From NCBI GenBank assembly GCA_035326705.1, contig DAOLES010000005.1:54444-118443 (forward strand): DNA of 64,000 nt. Reading direction: 5' to 3'. A model generated the notes under the pieces. The model ran no database searches. It saw nothing but the letters and a program-made list of their open reading frames with translations, and was not told the origin of the DNA. The first letter of the stretch is position 1. The number at the start of each line of letters is the position of its first letter. A program made the translations under genes and the position numbers. Shown here one piece after another: positions 30,434-40,579 of this stretch. This stretch comes from Oligoflexia bacterium (GTDB lineage Bacteria > Bdellovibrionota_G > JALEGL01).

Positions 30434-31045
30434 ATGAAAAAATATATACTTTACCTAAACACATTAATCATAACCCTATTTTTAAGCGCTTGCGGTAATT
30501 CTAAATCAGAATTTCCCTCAACCACCAGCTTAAACTCTGATCAACAGGATGCCATTGCACAATTATTAATTGTAGCCAGTGTCTTCCCTACAGAAAACTA
30601 CCTTCCTATTGGTTTACAAGAACCTGTTGACGAAACAATTGATTGTGACGTGAGTGGTACTTTTTCTGCCAAAGGTAACGTTGATTTTGAAGAAGATGAA
30701 CAGAATCAAGAGTTTAATGGAACATTTACTTTAAATGAAGTTGTCTTCACTGATTGTGTTACCACTACTGCAAACGATGAAGAAATAACCATTAATGGTA
30801 GCCTTGAAGTGGTAACAGACCTTGTATTGGACAATTTCAATGATGGAGAGGACGGCATTTTAACTGGAAGCTTTGACTCTACTTATGAAGGTTCTCTTGA
30901 AGTCAGTGGTGATGAACTAGAAGATGGAACTTGTGGTATTAATATGGAAGGAAAATCACTTTTAGCAGAGTTTTTCATTGTTGGTGAATTATCTGGCAAT
31001 TTATGCGGCAGCAATTACGATAAAGTTGTTCCTTTGATTTTTTAA
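30434..31045 (+). CDS. Acidic lipoprotein, unknown function
   Basis: Lipobox LFLSAC followed by a D/E/T-rich mature region. Confidence 0.45.
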   Translation: MKKYILYLNTLIITLFLSACGNSKSEFPSTTSLNSDQQDAIAQLLIVASVFPTENYLPIGLQEPVDETIDCDVSGTFSAKGNVDFEEDEQNQEFNGTFTLNEVVFTDCVTTTANDEEITINGSLEVVTDLVLDNFNDGEDGILTGSFDSTYEGSLEVSGDELEDGTCGINMEGKSLLAEFFIVGELSGNLCGSNYDKVVPLIF

Positions 31046-31432
31046 TTAAAAACACTATTTTATAATCTTGGGAGATGCACACGATATATTTTGACAGGTA
31101 ATTTTGTAACAAAACATTGTGTGTCCCACAACAATATATTTTATTGATTGAACTAGATTTTCTCAATAGCAAGTTTTAGATAAAAATAACAAGTATATTA
31201 CTCAAGGGGCGTTTGTTCCGTGTGATGAAAACTCTAATCCCCTTGTTATTGATCTTACCATTATGATCCCTTTACAAAAAAATAATCCAGCTAAAGTTGA
31301 TATAAAATTGGGGAGATTAATAGAAATTAATGGTGAAGAACATGGTATAAAAGCTGATCCTATTATTTTGAGCTCTAAAGATATGATCGCTTTTTAAATC
31401 TTAGCAAACTAACCAAGAACGTTGTATTTTAT

Positions 31433-32092
31433 CTATTGATTTGCCCATTGTGCTTGCTCACAATAGTAGTCTGGATTTTGTTTTAAAAAAAATTCTAACC
31501 TCTCTTTTAAATCTTTTGGTGTTGAAAAAAGTTCTTCCTCTAGTGAAATGTTTAGCTCTTCTTGTAAAAACTCTAAAACACTGTGTGTACAGTTATGACT
31601 AAAACCATTGAATTTTTCTGACTTGTTCTTAAAGTCTACTACACATAAATTGTATGCAGATTCTTTTAATGTAAAAGACGTAACCGCAACTTCTTGTTCA
31701 ACATAATAGTTCATGTTGTGTTCATAACTGGTAAATTTACCCTCTTCAGTGATAATTGAACCCCCGCCATATTTTGGAAAAAAGCTGATGTAATCTTGAT
31801 TGCCATTTTCATATTTTAAAAGTAAAGCAGAATGCCCCATGATAGAACGCTCGTAATTGGAACCAGGCGCATGATCAAAATTTCTGTGTGCAGCAACCGT
31901 ATTCACAGAACCTTTTTCACCTTTATAAATCAAGGCTCCTTTGGACCATGTAATTAAGTGTCCACAGGCCTTAGACAAGCCTTTTTGTACGATAAGATCT
32001 TCACGTTTTACATAGTGCGTTTGCGCCAACAACGTACAAGATAATGTCAATACCCCTACAGTAAACCATTTCATGAAGGTAGGATAACACAA
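31433..32092 (-). CDS. Secreted hypothetical protein with possible His/Cys papain-like (PPPDE-type) arrangement
   Basis: Signal peptide present. GHSALLLKYENGNQDYISFFP (His) and FSHNCTHSVLEFL (Cys) are spaced as in the permuted papain fold. This is speculative. Confidence 0.3.
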   Translation of the reverse strand: MCYPTFMKWFTVGVLTLSCTLLAQTHYVKREDLIVQKGLSKACGHLITWSKGALIYKGEKGSVNTVAAHRNFDHAPGSNYERSIMGHSALLLKYENGNQDYISFFPKYGGGSIITEEGKFTSYEHNMNYYVEQEVAVTSFTLKESAYNLCVVDFKNKSEKFNGFSHNCTHSVLEFLQEELNISLEEELFSTPKDLKERLEFFLKQNPDYYCEQAQWANQ

Positions 32093-32406
32093 ACATCGGC
32101 ATCTATAGTTTTTATAATTTTAATTTTTTTATTAAAATTATTTATAGTTTGTTGCTCAATGAACAGGCGTTCAGATGTGGAACTCATGCTATATTCTTAA
32201 TTTAGATGTATCTAATCAAATAGAGAAATACATTGTATAACGCAACTGATCAATCATGTCTGGAATAAACACATAATATTTCTTCAAACTACAATGCAAA
32301 ATAATGTTTTTAATACGGTTACAAACAGTTTAAAAAATACAGTGAGTGAAACTTACTTGGTTATCTAAATCATCTACCGCATCTACCAAAAATAACCCAT
32401 TGATTT

Positions 32407-33069
32407 TTAAATCACTGACTCGCGTTCTAAAGATGAATATGTTGGATGACCTTGTTTGATAAATAATTCAAGCAATTTAAGGCGTGCGTCGTTGTCCCCA
32501 GATGCTAAAAAATCTAACTCTTTGCGTGTTAAGAGTTTTACATTAACAATACTGATCGTCTCATTTGGAAGTTTAAGAGACCTTGGGACTTCTCCCTGCA
32601 AGCCAACAAACACACCCACTCGACCTTCTGAGTTTTTAAACTGTTCAGGAACCTTAACATCGTGCAATTCACTGCTGATATACTCAAAATGTTTAATTTT
32701 GTTTATTAGATTTCCTTCCATAGCGGCCCATTGACTGGCTTGAAAAATCAAATCAAACTGCCAACTTTTTATACTGTCAAACTCATCAGGTGATTCAATA
32801 AAAAACTCTAAACCAAACCCGTTAAAGGCTGAGACTTTTGGATTGGTATCCATATCTTCATAGGGGTCACTGAGCCCGTCACTAGCAAGAATTGTAGTTT
32901 TTTCTCTTTTAATGATTCGCCAACTTTGGCGAAAGCTAGGCCACTGTGGTCCACCTTGAAAACTTGGATTAATAATAGGTGTTAAAAAGTCTTGTTCTAG
33001 CTCACCCACTTTATTCCAAAACTCACCTCTTAGATTGATTGCTTGATTCAAACTCTCTTCATGATTCAT
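32407..33069 (-). CDS. Hypothetical cytoplasmic protein (possible SUFU-like domain)
   Basis: 220 aa. TILASDGLSDPYED...GFGLEFFIES is vaguely similar to bacterial suppressor-of-fused-like proteins. Confidence 0.3.
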   Translation of the reverse strand: MNHEESLNQAINLRGEFWNKVGELEQDFLTPIINPSFQGGPQWPSFRQSWRIIKREKTTILASDGLSDPYEDMDTNPKVSAFNGFGLEFFIESPDEFDSIKSWQFDLIFQASQWAAMEGNLINKIKHFEYISSELHDVKVPEQFKNSEGRVGVFVGLQGEVPRSLKLPNETISIVNVKLLTRKELDFLASGDNDARLKLLELFIKQGHPTYSSLERESVI

Positions 33070-33151
33070 ATCTATAATATAGTATGTTGCGGTTGATTGA
33101 TTTACAAATGTTTTTTAAAGTTAAAATAAAAAATATGTCACAGGAATCCAC

Positions 33152-33775
33152 TTAATTCATATCTGCATTGGGCTGCCATTTGATATCAATATGATTTGCT
33201 TGCGACTGAACCTTACCTATCCAGGCACAAATATTTGCATAAGGCTCTAAATCAAAACCTCCTTGCTCAGCAACATGCGTATAGGCAAATAAAGCAATAT
33301 CAGCAATTGTCAAACGATTGGCTACAAAGTAAGACTGTGTTTCCAAATGCCTATCCATCAGTTTTAATGCTCTTTTACCTTTTTCTTTTAGTTTAGGTAA
33401 TTCTTCATAGCGCTCATGCCCCTGAGGCAAATGCCGCATGATATAACGTGATACAGCAATATAGGGCTCATGTTCATACTGCTCAAAAAATAACCACTCC
33501 ATAATTTTTCCTTGCTCGTATGTATCGTCAGAAAAGTACGTTGTGTTTTGCGCAAGGTAATACAAAATTGCATTGGATTCAGCTAGACGCTTGCCATTAT
33601 CTAACTCTATGACAGGAATTTTACCGTTGGCATTGATCTTAAGATACTCTTTTGATTTTGTTTCGCCACCATCAATGTCAACCCCATACCACTGATAAGG
33701 TTTTTTTAAATGCGATAACAATAGTCTTATTTTATAGCCATTGCCCGAGTCCATGTAGTCATACAATTTGAGCAT
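33152..33775 (-). CDS. Glutathione S-transferase
   Basis: N-terminal thioredoxin-like KLYDYMDSGNGYKIRLLL...GKIPVIELDNGKRLAESNAILYYLA, followed by a helical C-domain. Confidence 0.85.
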   Translation of the reverse strand: MLKLYDYMDSGNGYKIRLLLSHLKKPYQWYGVDIDGGETKSKEYLKINANGKIPVIELDNGKRLAESNAILYYLAQNTTYFSDDTYEQGKIMEWLFFEQYEHEPYIAVSRYIMRHLPQGHERYEELPKLKEKGKRALKLMDRHLETQSYFVANRLTIADIALFAYTHVAEQGGFDLEPYANICAWIGKVQSQANHIDIKWQPNADMN

Positions 33776-33904
33776 CCTTCAAACGCTATGCAAACTAAGA
33801 ACAAAATGCAAGAAAATGTATTAAAAAACAAGGTCTAGCTTTTACTAGATCATAAAACTAAGAGAAATTTGTTGCATCTCTAATAAAAATGTATCAGATA
33901 CTCT

Positions 33905-34888
33905 TTATAGCTTAGGAGCAAGCACCATATACCATAAATCTTCTGGATGATTCATTTCAAAATTTTTATTCAATACCTCATAGTTGCTTAAATTTTTGTT
34001 ATCTTCCATATTAATCACCCACACTGGAACCAAGGTCAAATGCTTTGAAGTATTTAATGTAAGAGCTCTTGATATGTACTCTCTATAAAGATTATTTTGA
34101 ACTGAAAAGTCGTACAGGGAATGCACCTCTTTAAAATTCTTACCTTCTAAAAAGTGAATATGCTCTTTATGTGCATCCGATGTTTTAAATGTTTTTAATT
34201 CTGCATCATTTTTTTTTGATAAAACTAAAATATTTTTAGAAAGTGCGTTGTATTGTTCTGAGGTTGATTCAAGCTGGGTTAACATGTAAACATAAATTGA
34301 TGCTAAAAAGTCATCTATTGTGCTTTTAGGAATAATACTTTCATAAAAACTTTTTTCATAAGACACATCAATTGCATCTGCATGCTCTGCTTCATCAAAT
34401 ACAACTCCTTTTTCAAAATGAATTTGTTGCAGACTGGTATCTGCTTGGTGCAAAAAAAACACAAAACTTTGTTCCACACCAGCTCCAAGTCGAGCTCCAG
34501 GGAGACTCAAAAATCTGCCCGCTACCCTACCACCAGAGCTTTGCATATTAAGTGGAAACTGTACAATAGGATATTTTATATTTTCTAAATTTAAAATATC
34601 ATCTGTTGTATTATCTTCAGCCAGTTTAAGCGTGGAAAGAATGATTCTATCTCCTGCTTTTTCCAAGCATAATTGTGAAGAAGATTGTAAAATATCATCC
34701 TCTAAAGATCTTACAAGATGGTGACACCCCATGGGTATAAGCAACGATTTAACATAAGCTTTTTTAGAATAATTAGGATCTTGAAAACGAAGTTGCTTAG
34801 GCTTGATATGGTTCTGACCAAAACCATAAAATGAAACAGATAAAACCAATGCAGTACATGCACGCTTACAAAAACTTAATTGAACCAT
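33905..34888 (-). CDS. Hypothetical secreted protein
   Basis: 327 aa with an N-terminal signal-like segment (ALVLSVSFYGFGQ). No family recognised. Confidence 0.4.
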   Translation of the reverse strand: MVQLSFCKRACTALVLSVSFYGFGQNHIKPKQLRFQDPNYSKKAYVKSLLIPMGCHHLVRSLEDDILQSSSQLCLEKAGDRIILSTLKLAEDNTTDDILNLENIKYPIVQFPLNMQSSGGRVAGRFLSLPGARLGAGVEQSFVFFLHQADTSLQQIHFEKGVVFDEAEHADAIDVSYEKSFYESIIPKSTIDDFLASIYVYMLTQLESTSEQYNALSKNILVLSKKNDAELKTFKTSDAHKEHIHFLEGKNFKEVHSLYDFSVQNNLYREYISRALTLNTSKHLTLVPVWVINMEDNKNLSNYEVLNKNFEMNHPEDLWYMVLAPKL

Positions 34889-35381
34889 GTAAACACTCCC
34901 TTTCTCTGGAAACTATCTATAAAAATGCTGCAATGCAAGTTAAAATATGAGATCGACTTTGTTTTCTTAATTTAAAAAAATCAAAGGGTGAATTATGTAC
35001 TTTTTATAAAAAGTATTGATTTATATTAGAAATAAACAGTGTACCCTAAAATTTTCCAAGTTTATGGAAAAAACCCACGCAATTAAAATAATACTATTAA
35101 CACAGTGTTTCACTGATTTTTATGAATTTTTAAACACGATCAGATCTAATGTAAATCTCTATAAATTCGCCAATTTTTTGTTCATTATTGTAATCATCTT
35201 TGCGCATACAAATTTGACCCAATTCATTGTTAATTTCAAAGACAGCACAAGTAACTTCTGTCGCATCATCAAAAAACTAAAAAAGAGAAAAGCTGCCTAA
35301 CCCAATAAGTTGCTCCTAAAAATCCTAAAATAACTAATTATTTTTTTTGCCAAATCATGTTTTAATCTGTATCTGAGGCCG

Positions 35382-36491
35382 ATGTATAGGCTAATTATCG
35401 CTGCTATGGCGATCGCTTCACTTATTTTTGCCCAAGATATTTATGTCATTAAACACAATGATTATTTATCCTGCTTATCTGAGTATTATTTTGGTAGGCC
35501 AGTTTACGGTGACAATGGATCATTAAGCAAATTAAAAGCACTTAATCCACAGCTAGAAAATGCTAATACAATTACAGTGGGCCAAATACTCAACGTTCCT
35601 AAAATTAATCCTGATATTACACAAAATACTGTTCAAAGCAGAAATTACAATCAACAGTGTTTGAGTTTTCAACACAATATTAAAAAAAATACAGATCAAA
35701 CACTGGCAAAAAGTTCATCCGAGATAACAAAAGATCAAAATATTGAACAAGATAACCTTGCATTAGAAGAACAAAATGGCTCTCAGAATCAGCAAGCCTT
35801 TGCACAAGAAGTGCCAGAAAATATAACTACAAAAAATGATTTAAATAACCGCTATCAAGTAGTGCAAACAGTCTATCAAAATTTAATTCACTCCATGGAT
35901 CAAAGCAATGCTAGCATTTCTAATAAAGTATCAGAAGAAAATTTTGCTCTTGCAACGCATTATCAACATTTATTTTGGAACACGCTTTGGTCTGGGATAA
36001 ATTTTTCACTGGATTCTCAGCATTATGAGTTGGAATTTGGCAGCAACGGTTTTCAAAATTTTTCTCCCTATTTATGGGGAGTGGCCTGGATTAATGACTA
36101 TCAATTTAAAACTGTATCAATAGGTTTAAATGTTGATTACAAGCAGGAGCCTTTTATTGTTAGAGTCAACAGTTCCGATATAGGTATAGAAAAAGTTCAT
36201 GTGTTTTTATCGGTTTTAGAAGCACAAAAGCGTTGGAATCTTAACAAAGACTGGTTAATTTTATCAACGGGTCAATTAATTTATCCTTTCTACAGTAGGT
36301 CATCCCTTAATCCACAAGGAAAACTGTCTTACTTGGGAGAGCTTGCTGTATTTAGAGAAAAAGCTTTTGGATCTTTAGGTTTAGGTTTAGGTGTTTTTTA
36401 TGAATACAAGGCCTATGATACCGACCTTAACCAACAAAAAGAAAAACAAGCTGGAATTAATTTACATTTTAGAGGTTTACAATGGTTATGA
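35382..36491 (+). CDS. LysM domain protein with C-terminal beta-rich (possibly outer-membrane) region
   Basis: Signal peptide, then YVIKHNDYLSCLSEYYFG...ITVGQILNVP (LysM). The C-terminal half shows an alternating hydrophobic pattern. Confidence 0.55.
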   Translation: MYRLIIAAMAIASLIFAQDIYVIKHNDYLSCLSEYYFGRPVYGDNGSLSKLKALNPQLENANTITVGQILNVPKINPDITQNTVQSRNYNQQCLSFQHNIKKNTDQTLAKSSSEITKDQNIEQDNLALEEQNGSQNQQAFAQEVPENITTKNDLNNRYQVVQTVYQNLIHSMDQSNASISNKVSEENFALATHYQHLFWNTLWSGINFSLDSQHYELEFGSNGFQNFSPYLWGVAWINDYQFKTVSIGLNVDYKQEPFIVRVNSSDIGIEKVHVFLSVLEAQKRWNLNKDWLILSTGQLIYPFYSRSSLNPQGKLSYLGELAVFREKAFGSLGLGLGVFYEYKAYDTDLNQQKEKQAGINLHFRGLQWL

Positions 36492-38098
36492 GAAGTAAAA
36501 TAAGAAAGATACTTTGTGTTCTGCTCATAGCAAGCATGCATTTTAACTGCAATGGCAATGTTTTTACAGATTTAGAATATTCGCAGTCCAATGAAATCTT
36601 CAACGATGGATCTGGTATCAATGACCAAACACCCCCGGGAGTACCAACAAATCTAACGTGGGCTTCTGACGATACAATCATTGAAGATGTCAGTGGGAGT
36701 GGAAGCAGTATTCAACTGCTGTTTACACCCCCAAACGACAATGACTTGCTTAGAATTGAATATGTTGTTTCAGGTCAATCAATCATGGTGGCACCCAGCA
36801 GTGGTTGGACGCCAACAGATTCATTTTCTAATCAAAGTATTACCTATCAAGCAGCGCAAGAGTGCAGTTCTGCTATGGATAGCTATAAAGTTTGGCTTAG
36901 AGCTGTAGACAACAATAATAATATATCTGATGCTGTAGTATCGGATATTTTTTTACAAGACACCCTTGCCCCGCAGGTGGGGACAATAAACTTAGCCATG
37001 AATGCAAAAAAAAATCAAAGCCCAACCGCTATATGGAACTTACCCTACGACGCATGTTCAAATGTTGCTTCGCTTGAATTATCCATTGGTACTGGCACCA
37101 ATCAGTCTCCACCCAACCATAGTCAAAGTGGAGAAGTTGCCGATACAGTAATGTTTACAAATATTGTAAGCTCAAGCACCAGTTATCAAGCGGTTTCTAA
37201 TGTTCCGCCTTTTACAACATTTTCTTTAATGCTTGAAACCAATTACTATGTATCATTGCGCGTGCAAGATGACTTAGGTAATACTGCCATTTACACTAGC
37301 AGTGCCTGGCAACTACCGGGTGGCCCTCTTGCACTGTCACAAGTGACGCCTCAGTTTTGGTTAGATGGCAAAGATCTAGCAACATTAAAGCAAGACACTG
37401 GCTGCAACGTAGATGTGACATCCAATGGGGATGCCATCAATTGTTGGATTAATAAAGGAACGGATGGAAATAATTTTATTAAGGTTTCCGGTGAAGCTGA
37501 ATTCAAAAGTAATGCTCCTCAGGGCGCTATCTTTGATGGTGATATTTTTGTTGCGCAAAATGTTTTTTCTGGAATGCTCGATGACGTTTTAATTGTACTT
37601 GTGCAAACAGAAAATAATTCTACCAGTTCATTTGATATGAACTTAAACTATCCTTTTCAAGGTTCTTCAACGGGCTCACCCACATCTCGTTATAGCATAC
37701 ACGCACCATGGAGTGATAGAAAGATTTATTGGGATACGGGTGGATGCTGTGGATCTTCAGTCAGGCTCAACACTTCTTCTCCTACCGTCAATGTCGGTGA
37801 AACCTATGCCCTAGGGTTTTTAAACTCTTTTGCTCAAAACAGCAAACAAATCGTGGTCAATGGAGATGTCAGTGCAAGCACAACAAATGTTAATGCAGGT
37901 TTTGCGGCAAACTTTGGTTTAGGAAATGGGGTAAAAAACACCTATCACGAAATCATTTTTTACACACCTGCACCATCTTTTTCTGAAAGGCAAGATATAG
38001 AAGGATACATTGCATGTAAATGGGATATTCGCAATCAGCTTCCAGGCAGTCACCCCTATTTTAATAGCAATCCTACAAGTAATGATGGCTGTCCTTAG
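36482..38098 (+). CDS. Large lipoprotein with LamG/concanavalin-like C-terminal region
   Basis: Lipobox-like MHFNCNG. PQFWLDGKDLATL...INCWINKGTDGNNF matches the pattern commonly seen at the start of LamG-jellyroll domains. It overlaps the upstream gene by 10 nt. Confidence 0.45.
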   Translation: MVMRSKIRKILCVLLIASMHFNCNGNVFTDLEYSQSNEIFNDGSGINDQTPPGVPTNLTWASDDTIIEDVSGSGSSIQLLFTPPNDNDLLRIEYVVSGQSIMVAPSSGWTPTDSFSNQSITYQAAQECSSAMDSYKVWLRAVDNNNNISDAVVSDIFLQDTLAPQVGTINLAMNAKKNQSPTAIWNLPYDACSNVASLELSIGTGTNQSPPNHSQSGEVADTVMFTNIVSSSTSYQAVSNVPPFTTFSLMLETNYYVSLRVQDDLGNTAIYTSSAWQLPGGPLALSQVTPQFWLDGKDLATLKQDTGCNVDVTSNGDAINCWINKGTDGNNFIKVSGEAEFKSNAPQGAIFDGDIFVAQNVFSGMLDDVLIVLVQTENNSTSSFDMNLNYPFQGSSTGSPTSRYSIHAPWSDRKIYWDTGGCCGSSVRLNTSSPTVNVGETYALGFLNSFAQNSKQIVVNGDVSASTTNVNAGFAANFGLGNGVKNTYHEIIFYTPAPSFSERQDIEGYIACKWDIRNQLPGSHPYFNSNPTSNDGCP

Positions 38099-38254
38099 TA
38101 AAAAAATCTTCATTCAAAAGCGGGTGGAATATAAAATTTCGACTTACTGTTACTATTAATCCATAAGTCAATATGAATTTTGTCGCTTCTATTTAGTGAA
38201 TGGGTGCGCCGTTAGTTTAAGGGAGTGAGATTTTTTGGAGTTCTCAAAAAACAA

Positions 38255-38296
38255 CTGGGTACTTTTTTACGATTACAGTTCAGTCAACTGTCCCTG
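38255..38296 (+). repeat. Boundary repeat, copy C (GGGTACTTTTTT...CTGTCCCTG)
   Basis: ACTGGGTACTTTTTTACGATTACAGTTCAGTCAACTGTCCCTG aligns with 40531-40577 and, inverted, with 44621-44640. Confidence 0.5.
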
Positions 38297-38356
38297 TTAC
38301 TCTAAACGTGACAAAAAAAGCATGAATTTTTAATCAAAATCGGTTAGACAGCAGGT

Positions 38357-38779
38357 ATGATCAAGTTTCTGCACAGCATGATTCGGGTGTCTAATCTAGA
38401 AGAATCTTTAGCATTTTATGTAGATGGCTTGGGATTAAAAGAAGTTCGTCGGAAAGAAGTACCGCAAGGTAAATTTACCTTAGTGTTCCTTAAAGCCCCT
38501 GACAGTGATGCAGAAATTGAACTCACCTACAATTGGGATAGCAATGAAGACTATGGCAACGCCAGAAATTTTGGCCATTTGGCTTTCTCAGTGGAAAACA
38601 TCTATGAAACCTGTGTATCCCTGCAAGAGAAAGGCATTGATATTTTGAGACCCCCCAGAGATGGTCACATGGCTTTCATCAAGTCACCGGACAATATATC
38701 TATTGAACTGTTACAAAAAGGCGATCCTCTACCACCCCAAGAACCCTGGGCCAGCATGGAAAACGTCGGTACATGGTAA
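38357..38779 (+). CDS. gloA: Lactoylglutathione lyase (glyoxalase I)
   Basis: [17 protein letters not shown]...LGL, ELTYNWD, GHLAFSV and [14 protein letters not shown] form the canonical GloA metal-binding pattern. Confidence 0.9.
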   Translation: MIKFLHSMIRVSNLEESLAFYVDGLGLKEVRRKEVPQGKFTLVFLKAPDSDAEIELTYNWDSNEDYGNARNFGHLAFSVENIYETCVSLQEKGIDILRPPRDGHMAFIKSPDNISIELLQKGDPLPPQEPWASMENVGTW

Positions 38780-38953
38780 GTTTTTTAACGTGTAGCAGCT
38801 AGCTTAATTTAAGGACAGCCTTTTTTTCGGTAACTGCCACGTTTTAAAGAAAGAATCAACCAACAAAAAACAATTCAAATCTCTGAATCCATACTTAAAA
38901 CAATTAAGATCTAGTCGTGTGTCTCTGGAATTCCTGAATATTCATTATTTTAC

Positions 38954-38993
38954 AAAGTACATTATATAGTGTACTTTAATAAATAGTGTACTT
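38954..38993. promoter_or_regulatory. Candidate operator for the AbiEi-like regulator
   Basis: There is an inverted repeat AAAGTACA-N8-TGTACTTT (38954-38977). A direct repeat ATAGTGTACTT occurs at 38966-38976 and 38983-38993, ending right at the ATG. Confidence 0.4.
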
Positions 38994-39662
38994 ATGAATA
39001 TATTTGCAGACAAAGCTAGTTTGGTTCTTAGACATCTTCTCCGATACCCAGAGAAGCCTTGGGTTATTTCTGAGATTGTGGAAAGTCTTGGGTTAAGCCA
39101 GGGTTTGGTTGCCAAAGTGATCCTGGAGCTAAGACAGCAAGGGTTTCTTAAAGGTGAAGCTCGGGGGCCTAAAGCTTCTTCCAAACTTCGTCACGCCGAA
39201 GAACTTCTTGATCAGTGGACCAAACAGTACCAATTTAACAAAAATCATACGATGGCTTTTTATAGTTCTGACAAAAATATTTTAAAAATCCTTAAAAATA
39301 CTTTGAGCCCATCAAAATCTGTTTCTTATGCCCTCACCTTACATACCGGTGCAAACTTCATGACCCACTATGTTCGTGATCAAAATGTGTATGCCTATTT
39401 ACCTGCAGAGAATTTTGATAATCAAGTTGAAGAGCTACGAAAACAGCTTAACCTCCTTGAACTTAAACAAGGCGGGAATGTTTTTTTCATTAAACCTTGG
39501 TATAGAAATTCTATCTTTTACAATGCACAAAAAATTAAAGGTTATTCAGTTGTGTCAAATTTACAGCTTTACTTAGACTTATTTAATTATCCCGACCGAG
39601 GAAATGAACAAGCTTTGCAACTTAAACGCGTCTTAAAAGAAAAAGGAGTGCCACTTGCCTGA
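38994..39662 (+). CDS. AbiEi-like winged-helix antitoxin/transcriptional regulator (type IV TA-like)
   Basis: N-terminal wHTH (ISEIVESLGLSQGLVAKVILELRQQGFL). The C-terminal SVVSNLQLYLDLFNYPDRGNEQA matches the AbiEi C-domain pattern. There is an 8 nt overlap with the downstream NTase gene. Confidence 0.6.
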   Translation: MNIFADKASLVLRHLLRYPEKPWVISEIVESLGLSQGLVAKVILELRQQGFLKGEARGPKASSKLRHAEELLDQWTKQYQFNKNHTMAFYSSDKNILKILKNTLSPSKSVSYALTLHTGANFMTHYVRDQNVYAYLPAENFDNQVEELRKQLNLLELKQGGNVFFIKPWYRNSIFYNAQKIKGYSVVSNLQLYLDLFNYPDRGNEQALQLKRVLKEKGVPLA

Positions 39663-40422
39663 TGCTTCTTTTCTTCTTTTGCTTCAAACCCTGAAAGATT
39701 TAAAACCATTCTTATCTCATTTGGTTTTGGTGGGTGGATGGGTACCCTATATTTATTCCCAATATGTTTGGAAGCTGAGTCATATACCTAGAGGTACAGC
39801 GGACATCGATTTTGGATTAAAAGACATTACCTACAAAGGAAAAAGTACCATTGCTCATAAACTGAAGCAAAAGCAATATGGAGAACATCACATAAATATG
39901 GGTAAACTACGTCCATATATTCCAGTTGCAAAACACGGGGATGAACGAGCCGATGTTGAATTCATTACATCTGCTAATCCCGAAACATTTAAAAGCTTGG
40001 TTGGCAAAGATATCAAAATCAACCAAATCGAAAATTTTGATCTCCTCCTTGAAAAGCCTTTACGAATGCCCATAGAGGGCTTGAATATCCAGATCCCTCG
40101 CCCGTCTATATTTATTTTCCATAAACTGCTTACATTTGTCGAGCGTCAAGGCCAGTTTAAACGAGAGAAAGACCTTTATTATGCTTATTTCATGTTGCTA
40201 TTTCATTCGGACAATGAACAAGTCAGCCAAGAAATTAAACAGCTCATTCTGAAAAAGCCGCAGGGAAAAACGGTAGAGAAGAATATTAAAAACTATTTTG
40301 ATGACGAATTTGACCAAGGGCCTCGTATTATTGGGCAACAAATCAAGGCTACTTCCATTCAAACCTTTGTTAAAGACGTCCAGCAAGATTCTTTTGAGCG
40401 CTTGCGAAAGCTTTTACCTTAA
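39655..40422 (+). CDS. Nucleotidyltransferase-fold protein (AbiEii / GSU2403-like toxin)
   Basis: LVLVGGWVPYIY...GTADIDFGL is the minimal NTase GG...DxD signature. The gene is translationally coupled to the wHTH gene. Confidence 0.6.
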   Translation: MPDASFLLLLQTLKDLKPFLSHLVLVGGWVPYIYSQYVWKLSHIPRGTADIDFGLKDITYKGKSTIAHKLKQKQYGEHHINMGKLRPYIPVAKHGDERADVEFITSANPETFKSLVGKDIKINQIENFDLLLEKPLRMPIEGLNIQIPRPSIFIFHKLLTFVERQGQFKREKDLYYAYFMLLFHSDNEQVSQEIKQLILKKPQGKTVEKNIKNYFDDEFDQGPRIIGQQIKATSIQTFVKDVQQDSFERLRKLLP

Positions 40423-40436
40423 TCTAAAAACTTATC

Positions 40437-40577
40437 TAATCATGGGACACACTGTGTATTCTTAATAAAAACGAGTTACCTAAATTAGTACACAGTGTGT
40501 CCCTGGATTGGCTCAATTCCCTAAAGTAACCGGGTACTTTTTTCCACTAACACAATTTATTCGGTAGCTGTCCCTGG
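40437..40577 (+). repeat. Boundary repeat, copy A (contains 15 bp perfect inverted repeat)
   Basis: TAATCATGGGACACACTGTGTATTCTTA recurs at 41988-42016, and CCCTAAAGTAACCGGGTACTTTTTTCCAC recurs at 42056-42084. The internal arms GGGACACACTGTGTA (40444-40458) and TACACAGTGTGTCCC (40489-40503) are perfectly complementary. Confidence 0.65.
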
Positions 40578-40579
40578 AA

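Noticed and set aside
31174-31396. Open frame without an ATG (...GAFVPCDENSNPLVIDLTIMIPLQKNNPAKVDIKLGRLIEINGEEHGIKADPIILSSKDMIAF)
   Set aside because: The only in-frame Met leaves 44 aa, and there is no RBS. It is possibly a decayed gene fragment, with insufficient evidence.
35016-35300. 94 aa TTG-start ORF in the 34.9-35.4 kb intergenic region. The opposite strand has a start-less frame reading FDDATEVTCAVFEINNELGQICMRKDDYNNEQKIGEFIEIYIRSDRV
   Set aside because: The plus-strand ORF looks like AT-rich noise. The minus-strand frame looks protein-like but is preceded by a stop and has no usable start. It may be a gene remnant, but I cannot support a call.
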